Below are positions 18,861 through 27,447 of a stretch of DNA of 64,000 nucleotides, piece after piece (position 1 is the first letter of the stretch; every line of letters begins with the position of its first letter). The stretch is from Patescibacteria group bacterium (GTDB taxonomy: Bacteria; Patescibacteriota; Patescibacteriia; JBDRGY01). The DNA is taken from contig JBDRGY010000003.1 of NCBI GenBank assembly GCA_043817315.1, positions 59,181-123,180 of the forward strand, in the 5' to 3' direction. The position numbers and the translations under genes were made by a program. Under the pieces are notes generated by a model that did no database searches, was not told the origin of the DNA, and saw only the letters and a program-made list of their open reading frames with translations.

Positions 18861-20203
18861 CAAAATTAGAAGAATTTACCAAAAGATTATCCAACCCGGC
18901 CACTTTGCCTGTACTGGAAAAAGCGGTCAATAAGTTCATTTTATTTGCTCAGAGAAAGGAAGCTTTTGAAGTATATCGAACAGTATCCGCATTTTTTGCT
19001 CACTCTGATTTCAGCCAGAAATACCCTAAGTTGTACGACCAATACAGGGAGCAGTTAGTTGTAGCCGAATTCGCAGCTCTTTCTTTGCTGTCGGATCAAG
19101 AAGTAATCCAGCTGTTTCGTGAAAAAGCCCGTCAGGCCTTTACTATTGACCTGTATGATGTTAGGGAAGAGCTAAAGATAAAATTGTTGTCAATCTGGGT
19201 ACCAAAAAGAGATGAGTTAAAAAGGAAAATCAAGAAGGCGTTAGTGGAAAACACCCAGAATATCAGTCAGCAGCCGATTCAGTTACACGATAAGCCGGTT
19301 AAGCCAACTATCGGTAATTGGATATTAAGCTATAACGAGGTTCTAGGCACGGAGATAGCGGAAAAAATAAAGTTGAGCAAATACTTTACGGACAATCCAA
19401 ATTTTAAGAATCTAGTTGAAGATGAAAAGAAAATAGTTAAGAATATCCTGGATTTCTACGAACAACTAAAACACAAATCTCTTTCTCTGGAGGGCTTGGA
19501 GGAGGATGTGCCGGTTGATGACGAGGGCCGGGAAGGAGTGATTAAACAAGGAGTATTTGAAAAATTTGATGCTAAGGCCAATGCTGAAGAGTTGACCATG
19601 TATCAAGAGATAATTGACCGAGTAGTAGCTGAAGAAGAAGCAGCGAAGTCCGGAAAAAGAGAGGAGACTCCGGCCAAGACAGTTCCCAGTCCGCAACCAA
19701 AAGATAAAAAAATACAACAAGCCTATAAAGGTGATCAGACAGAAGAAAAAGCAATTGACGATTTGATGCAGCAGCTGGCCGGACAAAAAGCCACTGAAGT
19801 ATTATTTAAGTCTATTAACAGTAAAGATAAAAAAAGAGTAATCGCTGTTTTGCGCTTACTGGCCCAAGAAAGGCAATTGGAAAAGATTATCACTGTAGGC
19901 GGTCAGCTTAGTGCTATGTTTGAAGGATACATGCAGGCCAAATTCGGTCCCGAAATAGTAACTCAATTCAAACAGAATCCCAACAAACCGGTTTACGTTT
20001 ACAGTTTCTTACAGTATATCTTACAGGATAAACTGGGTTTAAGTTCTTCGGAATCAGCCAGGCAAGCTATTCATCTGGCTAATATATATTCAGCCAAGGG
20101 CAACGACCAATACCTAAAGATGGCTTATGCCGATGAGCAATCGGGTGAGTTTAATTGGGCAGAGGTAGTTAAGGGGAATAAGGGGTTGGAAGTAAAGAGG
20201 TAA
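18857..20203 (+). CDS. Hypothetical cytoplasmic protein (448 aa), translationally coupled to the VirB6-like gene
   Basis: Start ATG overlaps stop of 16050..18860 (ATGA). No TM and no recognisable motifs. Charged and helical. Confidence 0.45.
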   Translation: MTKLEEFTKRLSNPATLPVLEKAVNKFILFAQRKEAFEVYRTVSAFFAHSDFSQKYPKLYDQYREQLVVAEFAALSLLSDQEVIQLFREKARQAFTIDLYDVREELKIKLLSIWVPKRDELKRKIKKALVENTQNISQQPIQLHDKPVKPTIGNWILSYNEVLGTEIAEKIKLSKYFTDNPNFKNLVEDEKKIVKNILDFYEQLKHKSLSLEGLEEDVPVDDEGREGVIKQGVFEKFDAKANAEELTMYQEIIDRVVAEEEAAKSGKREETPAKTVPSPQPKDKKIQQAYKGDQTEEKAIDDLMQQLAGQKATEVLFKSINSKDKKRVIAVLRLLAQERQLEKIITVGGQLSAMFEGYMQAKFGPEIVTQFKQNPNKPVYVYSFLQYILQDKLGLSSSESARQAIHLANIYSAKGNDQYLKMAYADEQSGEFNWAEVVKGNKGLEVKR

Positions 20204-20210
20204 CGAGTAA

Positions 20211-20226
20211 CGGGTGACGGGTAATG
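20211..20226. repeat. Left arm of imperfect inverted repeat (cgggtgacgggtaatg) flanking the four-helix-bundle gene
   Basis: Reverse complement of 20660..20675 (cattactcgtcactcg) gives cgagtgacgagtaatg, a 14/16 match. Confidence 0.5.
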
Positions 20227-20265
20227 AGATGCAAAGACGGGGATTGATGAATAACCAACAGGGAG

Positions 20266-20655
20266 ATGAAAAATGAAGAGCCCGGGGACGGAAGAATTAG
20301 AGAATTTACAGATTTAGAAGTATGGCGACGGGGCCACAAGTTAGTAATAAAAATATACAGTGTAACAAAAAAATATCCCGGTGAGGAAAAGTATACGTTA
20401 GTTACACAAACAATAAGAGCGGCGGGTTCAATAACAGCAAATATAGCTGAAGGATTCAGCCGTTATTATTATAAGGACAGGGCGAGATTTTATTACAATT
20501 CGAGAGGATCAATATCTGAGTTGCAGAATCATTTAATAGTTGCCAAGGATTTAAAGTATATAACGCAGGGGGAATTTCAAGATTTATATAAAATTTCTGG
20601 CGAAATTCGTAGAATGCTGAATGGATTAATCCGTTCAACCCATAAACAGAGTTAA
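20266..20655 (+). CDS. Four-helix-bundle protein (23S rRNA intervening-sequence protein family, TIGR02436-like)
   Basis: 129 aa. LEVWRRGHKLVIKIYSVTKKYPGEEKYTLVTQTIRAAGSITANIAEGFSRYYYKDRARFYYNSRGSISELQNHLIVAKDL is the characteristic pattern of this family. Confidence 0.75.
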   Translation: MKNEEPGDGRIREFTDLEVWRRGHKLVIKIYSVTKKYPGEEKYTLVTQTIRAAGSITANIAEGFSRYYYKDRARFYYNSRGSISELQNHLIVAKDLKYITQGEFQDLYKISGEIRRMLNGLIRSTHKQS

Positions 20656-20659
20656 TACC

Positions 20660-20675
20660 CATTACTCGTCACTCG
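20660..20675. repeat. Right arm of inverted repeat flanking the four-helix-bundle gene
   Basis: Pairs with 20211..20226. Begins 5 nt after the TAA stop. Confidence 0.5.
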
Positions 20676-20684
20676 TATCCCATT

Positions 20685-20706
20685 GCTCCGAGCTCGGCCT
20701 TTTTTT
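20685..20706 (+). terminator. Putative intrinsic terminator (self-complementary CCGAGCTCGG followed by T7)
   Basis: gctCCGAGCTCGGcc then ttttttt at 20700-20706. Confidence 0.4.
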
Positions 20707-20734
20707 ATTTACCTTTTTTAGTTAGAATAAGGGT

Positions 20735-21649
20735 ATGAACGACCTGGTAATATTTAGCGGTTCAGCCAATATTCCCCTGGCCCAAGACATAGCTCGCAGT
20801 TTAAACACTCCCTTGGGAGATGTTTTAATCCAGAAATTCTCTGATGGGGAAACCTATGTTGATCTCAGAGAAGAGCTAAAAGGTAAACAAGTTTTCATCA
20901 TCCAATCTGGGTCTAATCCGGCTAATGAACATTTGATGGAATTATTACTGATGATAGATGCAGCCTGGCAAGCAGAGCCAAAAAAGATAGTGGCGGTCTT
21001 GCCTTTTATGCCTTACCGCCGCCAGGAAAGACAGGTGGAGCCGGGAGAACCAATTTCCTCTCAACTGGTCGCTGATTTGATTGAGACCGCCGGGGTGGAT
21101 AAGGCGATCATCATGGATATACACACCACCAAGATTCTAAATTTTTTTGATATCCCGGTGGCCCACATTTCAGCTACAGAAATGATTGCCCAGTATTTTA
21201 AGGACAAAATTGATGACAACTGGGTGTTAGTAGCGCCTGACGAAGGCAGTCTTTGGCACACTCAAAACGCAGCTGATGTTTTTAATTTTCCTATTGTGCA
21301 AATATTAAAAAAGAGGACCAGCCACGATAAAGTAGCCAGCATGTATATCAAGGGAGATGTCTTTGCCAAAAATGTATTGCTGATTGATGATGAGATCAAT
21401 ACAGCCGGAACTTTAGTGGAAGCGGTTAATTTATTGAAGCACCAGAAGGCAGCTGATCTATATTTTGGCTGCACTCATGCCATCTTGTCCGGACCGGCCA
21501 TAGATAGATTGCGCCACGCTCCGCTTAAGGAAATTGTTGTGACGGATTCCATTAATCTGCCCCAAGAAAAGAAACTGAAGAATTTAACCGTTTTATCAGC
21601 GGCTTCCATAATTGCTGATGCCATTAAACAAGAGGCGGCGATTTTATAA
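20735..21649 (+). CDS. prs: Ribose-phosphate pyrophosphokinase (PRPP synthetase)
   Basis: 304 aa. N-terminal Prs pattern (IFSGSANIPLAQDIARSLN ... KFSDGETYV ... GKQVFIIQS) and C-terminal PRTase fold (VLLIDDEINTAGT). Confidence 0.85.
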   Translation: MNDLVIFSGSANIPLAQDIARSLNTPLGDVLIQKFSDGETYVDLREELKGKQVFIIQSGSNPANEHLMELLLMIDAAWQAEPKKIVAVLPFMPYRRQERQVEPGEPISSQLVADLIETAGVDKAIIMDIHTTKILNFFDIPVAHISATEMIAQYFKDKIDDNWVLVAPDEGSLWHTQNAADVFNFPIVQILKKRTSHDKVASMYIKGDVFAKNVLLIDDEINTAGTLVEAVNLLKHQKAADLYFGCTHAILSGPAIDRLRHAPLKEIVVTDSINLPQEKKLKNLTVLSAASIIADAIKQEAAIL

Positions 21650-21675
21650 ACAAGACGGAAGCAAATAAAAAAATA

Positions 21676-21710
21676 GGGCGTCTAAGCAGTTGCTTGACGC
21701 CCTTGGTTGC
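21676..21710 (+). terminator. Possible terminator hairpin after prs (GGGCGTC-12nt loop-GACGCCC, weak U-tract)
   Basis: 7-bp GC stem. Downstream ttggttgcc is only a weak T-run. Confidence 0.3.
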
Positions 21711-22012
21711 CAGGGAAAGAAGTTGGGGAGGTCAGTGGACCATGCCAGAGCCAGTACCGGATTTTTCGGCTTGTTTGCTAACCGGCCGAGGCTGGTCCTG
21801 TCTGCCGTCCTGTGAGCTGGTCGGCTTGGTGTTGCTCTTTCGGCGCTTTTTCCTGCCTTTATAGGCAGATCCCTGGAAGAAATTACACATTGTTTTCTCT
21901 CCCTACGCTGCCTGGATTAACAGGCTGTTTGTGGTTAAAGACCGAATTTCTCTCCTATCAGGCACTAATAGTATCACAATATTAAGAAATGTCAAGGTAT
22001 ATTATCCCGGTA

Positions 22013-22041
22013 TTTACTAAATATAAAAAATGTGCTATAAT
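22013..22041 (+). promoter_or_regulatory. Sigma70-like promoter: TTTACT (22013-22018), 17-nt spacer, extended -10 TGcTATAAT (22033-22041)
   Basis: Read directly. Sits upstream of the ATG at 22057 and overlaps the ATG at 22030 proposed by the ORF track, which argues for 22057 as the true start. Confidence 0.45.
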
Positions 22042-22056
22042 AACAGAGTAAAAGCG

Positions 22057-23001
22057 ATGAAAAATATCGTTCTACCTTTAGGTAAAATTAGAAAAAAGGA
22101 TGTCAAAATCGCTGGTGGCAAAGGCGCTTCCTTGGGCGAAATGGCATCGGTCAAGATACCTGTTCCTAATGGTTTCGTGGTTCTAGCTCAAGCGGCTGAT
22201 CAATTTAGCAAAAACTCCGGATTTGATAAGCCAATAGTTGATTTATTCAAGAAAGTTAATCTCAAGTCAGTCAATTCGGTTAATCAGACCTCAAAAAAGA
22301 TACGTACCTTAATAAGCAAGGCAGAATTTCCTAAAGAGACTGAAAAAAGCATTTTGGATGAATTTGCCAAGCTAAAAACCAAGTATGTAGCGGTTCGTTC
22401 TTCGGCCACAGCAGAGGATAGCAATAAGGCTTCCTGGGCTGGGGAGTTAGAGACCTACCTCTATGTTGACAAGAAGAATCTGATAAAGACCGTGAAGAAG
22501 TGCTGGTCTTCTCTTTATACCCCCAGAGCCATATTCTACCGCTTTGAGAAGAAACTGGATAAAAAGAACATTGCTGTTGCCGTAGTGATTCAGCAAATGG
22601 TTGATTCAGAGATAGCTGGCGTGGCCTTTACGGTTCACCCCGTGACTAAGGACAAAAACCAAATGGTGATCGAAGCTGGTTGGGGTTTGGGGGAAGCAAT
22701 TGTAGGGGGGCAGGTTACTCCCGATACATACGTTATTGATAAGCAGGACGATTACCTAGTTGATATCAATGTATCGGAACAGACCAAGAAACTAATTAGG
22801 GCCAAAGAATCGGGGCTTAAAGAAGTTACGGTTAAAAAGTCTGATCAATCAAAGCAAAAATTATCGGGCCAACAAATAATTGCTCTGGCCAAGATTTGCC
22901 GCCAAATCGAGAAACACTACCAGTTGCCGCAAGATATTGAATGGGCCTATGCCAAGAATAAATTTTACATCACCCAATCGAGACCGATAACCACTTTATA
23001 A
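22057..23001 (+). CDS. Stand-alone PEP-utilising-enzyme N-terminal ATP-grasp domain protein (PPDK_N-like; truncated PEP synthase/pyruvate phosphate dikinase-like)
   Basis: ATP-grasp nucleotide-binding segment of PEP synthase/PPDK (GGKGASLGEM ... VAVRSSATAEDS ... YITQSRPIT). No phospho-His or PEP-utilising TIM-barrel domains follow. Track ORF begins at 22030, but the promoter -10 overlaps that ATG. Confidence 0.65.
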   Translation: MKNIVLPLGKIRKKDVKIAGGKGASLGEMASVKIPVPNGFVVLAQAADQFSKNSGFDKPIVDLFKKVNLKSVNSVNQTSKKIRTLISKAEFPKETEKSILDEFAKLKTKYVAVRSSATAEDSNKASWAGELETYLYVDKKNLIKTVKKCWSSLYTPRAIFYRFEKKLDKKNIAVAVVIQQMVDSEIAGVAFTVHPVTKDKNQMVIEAGWGLGEAIVGGQVTPDTYVIDKQDDYLVDINVSEQTKKLIRAKESGLKEVTVKKSDQSKQKLSGQQIIALAKICRQIEKHYQLPQDIEWAYAKNKFYITQSRPITTL

Positions 23002-23004
23002 AAT

Positions 23005-24279
23005 ATGGAGGACACTTTCAAAGTTAAAGATAAAATCCCCGTCAGAAAAGAAGACGGCACCTTTTCTATATTGGAAAGTAACGGAACTGAAGAAGTAGTT
23101 CAAAAACCAGAAATGCCCCAACCAGCTCCGCCACCACCACCTCCTCCACCTAGGCCTCAATCCCAACCTCCAGCTCCTCCCATTACAGATAGACCAGTGG
23201 AATCGCCTCCACCACCTCCGTCTAAACCCCCACAACCCAGACCGGTTCCTCCACTCCAGCCGACTATAGAAGAAAAGCCGGTTTATAAGCCACCGATTAG
23301 AGAAGACCAGAAATCAGACGTTAATGGTTCAGCTGACTTTCAATTTAGCAAAGATGACGCGGAAGAAGTGAGGGGTCATGAGGAAAAATTAAAGAGTTTC
23401 GGATCAGCCGATTTTGTCACCGACGGAGAACGGGTAACCACGGAAATTGTATCTGCCAATAACCTTACCTTTGATGATGAGATATATAGAAAGCGCCTGG
23501 TAGCTATAGTCAATTCCCGACTGAAGGATATCCGTGATTTTCTGGAAACCAAAGATATGCTGTCTCGTCCTATTAAGGTAGGGGGCATGGGCTACGAGCA
23601 AACCTTAACCCAGAAGATTTTAGATACAATCGAAGCGGAAGCTACCAAACTCCACGGTCATCCTTTGGCCAAAGTACATACCAAAAAGAAAGTGGCTCCT
23701 CCTGCTGTAAAGCCGATCCTTCCCAAGGAAATCAGACAGTCCAAACCCAAGGCTCCAGTTCCAGAATCAACCGCCCCCAAGATTGCAGATGCGCCAAAAC
23801 CTATTCAGCCAAAAGTTGTCAGCCAGCCGATACGCCGGACCGTGCCCATGAGGGCACCAACTAAACCAACTGTGATTTCTTCCATACCCCAAGTAAAGAG
23901 GCCTATAGTAGAGGGGGAAAGACCCAAGATTGAGGACATTAAAAAACTACCCAAAGTGATGAGTCCCATCGATGAGATCAGGGAGATGGACTTGGGGGAC
24001 TTCCGGCGCCTGGGAACTGATGCCAGGGGACGTGTTAATAAGCTGATCGAAAAATTAGAAATACTAGAAGAAGAATCATACGCCAAGAAAGCTCAGGGAA
24101 AAGATGCCTGGAAGAAATCAAGGATATATATGTTGTATTTAGAAATTGGTCAGCAAAGCATGGTTCAGGCCAAACCGATAGAAGAAATAGTGGCTGTAAG
24201 GGCCCAGCAGAATCTGCCTACTATCAACTTTGATGAGTTCGAAGCTATCGCTGATTTTAACAAAACATTAAGGTTCTAA
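23005..24279 (+). CDS. Proline-rich hypothetical protein (424 aa)
   Basis: PQPAPPPPPPPPRPQSQPPAPP ... PPPPPSKPPQPRPVPPLQP tract, then a K/P-rich region. No TM. First of a tightly packed co-directional gene string (3-nt gap from the upstream gene). Confidence 0.45.
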   Translation: MEDTFKVKDKIPVRKEDGTFSILESNGTEEVVQKPEMPQPAPPPPPPPPRPQSQPPAPPITDRPVESPPPPPSKPPQPRPVPPLQPTIEEKPVYKPPIREDQKSDVNGSADFQFSKDDAEEVRGHEEKLKSFGSADFVTDGERVTTEIVSANNLTFDDEIYRKRLVAIVNSRLKDIRDFLETKDMLSRPIKVGGMGYEQTLTQKILDTIEAEATKLHGHPLAKVHTKKKVAPPAVKPILPKEIRQSKPKAPVPESTAPKIADAPKPIQPKVVSQPIRRTVPMRAPTKPTVISSIPQVKRPIVEGERPKIEDIKKLPKVMSPIDEIREMDLGDFRRLGTDARGRVNKLIEKLEILEEESYAKKAQGKDAWKKSRIYMLYLEIGQQSMVQAKPIEEIVAVRAQQNLPTINFDEFEAIADFNKTLRF

Positions 24280-24281
24280 TA

Positions 24282-24755
24282 ATGCAATTTCTGGTTCCCC
24301 AATTTATAGACACGGAAGATAGAATATTCGGTCCGATTTCCACCAGGCAATTCGTGGAAATCCTGGCCGGTTTTGGCATGATGTATGTTGCCTACAAAAT
24401 GAGCACTTTTTGGCTCTTTGCTATGGAGGCAGTTTTTATTTTAGGCTTGGTAGTGGTTTTTGCCTTTGTCCGTATCAACGGGCAGGGCTTTCATTTTTTT
24501 GTCCTTAATCTAATCCAGACTTTACGTCGGCCCAAGATTAAAATTTGGTTAAAGGTAATTGCCGATAATAAAATATTTCCTTCCAAGCAGAAAGAAGTAA
24601 CAGTAGCGGCAACTGCGCCTAAACCGATGGTAACCTCCTCGCGACTGACAGAATTGTCTTTGGTAGTTGATACCGGGGGAGTGTATAAATCAGACGAAGA
24701 AAAAGCCAAGGAATTAATAAATTCTCAAAATGCCCAAAGAAAAAGAAAAAAGTAA
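24282..24755 (+). CDS. PrgI-family / VirB3-like small membrane protein (T4SS)
   Basis: 157 aa. N-terminus VPQFIDTEDRIFGPISTRQF matches the PrgI-family start (VPKDI..YEEKIfGLTlRQ). Two TM helices. Sits directly upstream of VirB4, as PrgI/VirB3 does. Confidence 0.55.
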   Translation: MQFLVPQFIDTEDRIFGPISTRQFVEILAGFGMMYVAYKMSTFWLFAMEAVFILGLVVVFAFVRINGQGFHFFVLNLIQTLRRPKIKIWLKVIADNKIFPSKQKEVTVAATAPKPMVTSSRLTELSLVVDTGGVYKSDEEKAKELINSQNAQRKRKK

Positions 24756-25437
24756 GATGAAACCATCTCAGACTAAGAAGCAAAAAGCCTCAACCCAGGC
24801 TTATCTGGACATATCCGAAATTAAAGATGATTGTGTGGTAATGAAGGACGGTACTTTGCGCATGGTATTGTTAGTTTCTTCTATTAATTTTTCGTTAAAA
24901 TCCCAAGATGAACAAAATGCTGTTATCCAAGCATACACCATGTTTCTCAATACTCTTGATTTTCCCTTGCAGATTGTCATTCAGTCCAGGAGGCTAAATA
25001 TTGAAGATTACCTGAAAAAATTACAAAAGACAGAAAGAGAACAGGTCAATGAATTGCTGAAAATGCAAACGGCTGATTATCGTAAATTCGTCGGAGAATT
25101 AGTGGAATTAGGAGATATTATGAGCAAGCGCTTCTTCGTGGTTGTACCCTATTCAGCTTTGACCAATAAACCCAAATCTTTTATGGATCGTATCAGGGAG
25201 ACTTTGTCCCCGACCTCGATTATTAAATTGAGCCAATCTAAGTTTGAAAAATTCAGAAACGAATGCCGCAAGAGGACCGAAATGATAATGGGCGGATTGG
25301 GTTCAATGGACTTGAAGGCTGTCATTTTGGACACTCAATCTTTGATTGAACTGTATTACAATAGTTATAACCCTACTGTTTCAGATTCACAAAAATTAAC
25401 AGAACCAGGAAAGGTGCAAGCCGAACCCTATGATTGA
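24730..25437 (+). CDS. VirB4 N-terminal-domain-like protein (CagE/TrbE/VirB-type region), translationally coupled to VirB4
   Basis: 235 aa. YLDISEIKDDCVVMKDGTLRMVLLVSSINFSLKSQDEQNAVIQAYTMFLNTLDFPLQIVIQSRRLN resembles the N-terminal CagE_TrbE_VirB region of VirB4 ATPases. Stop overlaps the VirB4 start (tATGATTGA). Confidence 0.4.
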   Translation: MPKEKEKSKMKPSQTKKQKASTQAYLDISEIKDDCVVMKDGTLRMVLLVSSINFSLKSQDEQNAVIQAYTMFLNTLDFPLQIVIQSRRLNIEDYLKKLQKTEREQVNELLKMQTADYRKFVGELVELGDIMSKRFFVVVPYSALTNKPKSFMDRIRETLSPTSIIKLSQSKFEKFRNECRKRTEMIMGGLGSMDLKAVILDTQSLIELYYNSYNPTVSDSQKLTEPGKVQAEPYD

Positions 25438-27436
25438 ATTAGCTAAAGAAAAAGAAGTAAAATCCCAAGAAGAAATCCTGACTAAGGAGGAAAAAACCAA
25501 GAAAGAGCAGGAAGAGCTTCTGGAGAAAAAGGAACTTTACGAAGCTACCCGTAGTTATTTGGAAGGAGTGATTTCAGTTAAGGATTTGATCGCCCCGGCT
25601 GGCATGAGGGTGCAGCCCTCCTATGTGGAGTTGGGAGACAAGTTGGTGCGAACCGTTTTTGTGGTGACCTACCCTCGTTATATTGCCGTTGGCTGGTTCG
25701 CCCCGATTATCAGCATGAACGTGCCTTTGGACATTTCCATGTATTTTTATCCAGTACCCTCTCAGATTGTTTTAAAGCAACTTAAGAAAAAGGTGGGTAC
25801 CCTGGAGGCGGATATTATTGCTGATGCCGAAAAAGGAGCCCCCCGCGACCCCATTAGAGAAACAGCCCTGAAAGACATCGAGCGACTAAGAGACGATCTG
25901 ACCCAGGGTATTGAGAAATTTTTCCAGTTTGCACTATACGTTACTGTCTACGCCGACGATATCAAAGAACTTAATGAATTATCGGAAAAGGTAGAGGGCA
26001 TGTTTGGCTCCAAGCTGGTATATTCCAAACGAGTTTTGTATCAAGCGGAGCAAGGGTTTAATTCTACATTGCCCTTGGGCAGCGATGAGCTGCTAATCAG
26101 CTTTAATATGAATTCTTCTCCTTGCGCCTCTTCTTTTCCCTTTATTTCTTCTGAATTGTCTTCAGACAACGGGGTTCTTTACGGCATTAACCGACACAAC
26201 AATAGTTTAATATTGTTTGATCGCTTTAGTCTACAAAACGCTAACAGTGTAGTCTTTGCTACCTCAGGAGCGGGTAAGAGTTATGCGGTTAAATTGGAGG
26301 CCTTGCGCAGTTTGATGATGGGCACTAGTGTCATCATTATCGATCCGGAAATGGAATATAAATATTTGTGCGAAGCGGTTGGTGGGACCTATATTAACAT
26401 TTCTTTGAATTCGGAAAGTAAGATTAATCCTTTTGATTTACCAAGACCTGTCGGAGAGGGAGTAAAACCGGCTGATATTATTCGTAGTGCGGTCATTACC
26501 CTGAAGGGAATGATGCGCCTGATGTTGGGAGACCTTACTCACCAAGAGGATTCGCTGGTTGACCGAGCTCTTTTAGAAACCTATGCCAAAAAAGATATTA
26601 CTTCTGATTCTGATCTGGCAAAAGTAGAGCCTCCTTTGATGTCGGATTTTGAAGAAGTGATGGGCGGCATGGAGGGCAGTGATAGCCTGGTTAGCAGAAT
26701 CAAGAAATATACCGAAGGAACATTTTCCGGTCTTTTTAACAGTCCTACTAATATTGAAATGGATAATCAGATGGTGGTTTTCAGTGTCCGTGATTTGGAA
26801 GATGAGTTAAGACCGATCGGCATTTCTACAATCGTTTCCTATATCTGGAACGTGGTCCGATCTGAAATGAAAAAGAGAGTCTTGGTAATCGATGAAGCCT
26901 GGTGGTTGATGCAAAACGAAGATTCAGCCAAATTCATTTTTGCTCTGGTAAAACGATGTCGTAAATATTATTTAGGAGTTACTACCATTACTCAAGACGT
27001 CAATGACTTTTTGAGATCGCCTTATGGCCAAGCCATTGTCACCAACTCAGCTATCCAAATGCTGTTGAAGCAGTCACCTGCTGGCATCGATATTCTGGTC
27101 AAAACCTTTATGCTGACTCAGGGTGAAAAGTACTTACTTCTAGAATCGGGAGTGGGAGAGGGTATTTTCTTTGCTGGAAATAGTCACGTAGCTATCAAAG
27201 TGGTCGCTTCCTATACCGAAGATCAACTAATTACTTCTGATCCCAGGCAGCTGCTGGAAATTGAGCAGGCCAAGAGAGAATTTCAGGAGGAATTAGACAG
27301 CGGCCAGCTACCACCCCAAGAAGAAGGAGAGGGGGCCGCAGATGGTCTTTATGAGCCGGAACCGATAGACCGTAAGGCAGAAGAAATCACCAAAGAAGGT
27401 GCGCTCGGTCCGGAGCCCAAACAGATCCAACAATAA
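25430..27436 (+). CDS. virB4: Type IV secretion system VirB4/TrsE/TraE-family ATPase
   Basis: 668 aa. Gram-positive-type VirB4 N-region (KLVRTVFVVTYPRYIAVGWFAPI ... NVPLDISMYFYPV ... NSTLPLG). Walker A at FATSGAGKSY. Walker B at VLVIDEAWWLM. Acidic C-terminal tail. Confidence 0.8.
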   Translation: MIELAKEKEVKSQEEILTKEEKTKKEQEELLEKKELYEATRSYLEGVISVKDLIAPAGMRVQPSYVELGDKLVRTVFVVTYPRYIAVGWFAPIISMNVPLDISMYFYPVPSQIVLKQLKKKVGTLEADIIADAEKGAPRDPIRETALKDIERLRDDLTQGIEKFFQFALYVTVYADDIKELNELSEKVEGMFGSKLVYSKRVLYQAEQGFNSTLPLGSDELLISFNMNSSPCASSFPFISSELSSDNGVLYGINRHNNSLILFDRFSLQNANSVVFATSGAGKSYAVKLEALRSLMMGTSVIIIDPEMEYKYLCEAVGGTYINISLNSESKINPFDLPRPVGEGVKPADIIRSAVITLKGMMRLMLGDLTHQEDSLVDRALLETYAKKDITSDSDLAKVEPPLMSDFEEVMGGMEGSDSLVSRIKKYTEGTFSGLFNSPTNIEMDNQMVVFSVRDLEDELRPIGISTIVSYIWNVVRSEMKKRVLVIDEAWWLMQNEDSAKFIFALVKRCRKYYLGVTTITQDVNDFLRSPYGQAIVTNSAIQMLLKQSPAGIDILVKTFMLTQGEKYLLLESGVGEGIFFAGNSHVAIKVVASYTEDQLITSDPRQLLEIEQAKREFQEELDSGQLPPQEEGEGAADGLYEPEPIDRKAEEITKEGALGPEPKQIQQ

Positions 27437-27447
27437 ATTTTAGCTAT

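Noticed and set aside
21775-21835. GC-rich motif CGAGGCTGGTC...GCTGGTCGGC(C)TTGG shared between 21781-21830 and the hairpin at ~41780-41825
   Set aside because: An 11-mer plus short adjacent match across 64 kb and two strands is within chance expectation (many random 11-mer matches are expected). It has no flanking similarity and no consistent structural context.
22030-22056. ATG at 22030 as start of the PPDK_N gene (MCYNNRVKA...)
   Set aside because: The extended -10 element TGcTATAAT (22033-22041) overlaps this ATG. The ATG at 22057 (MKNIVLPLG) lies at a sensible distance downstream of that promoter.
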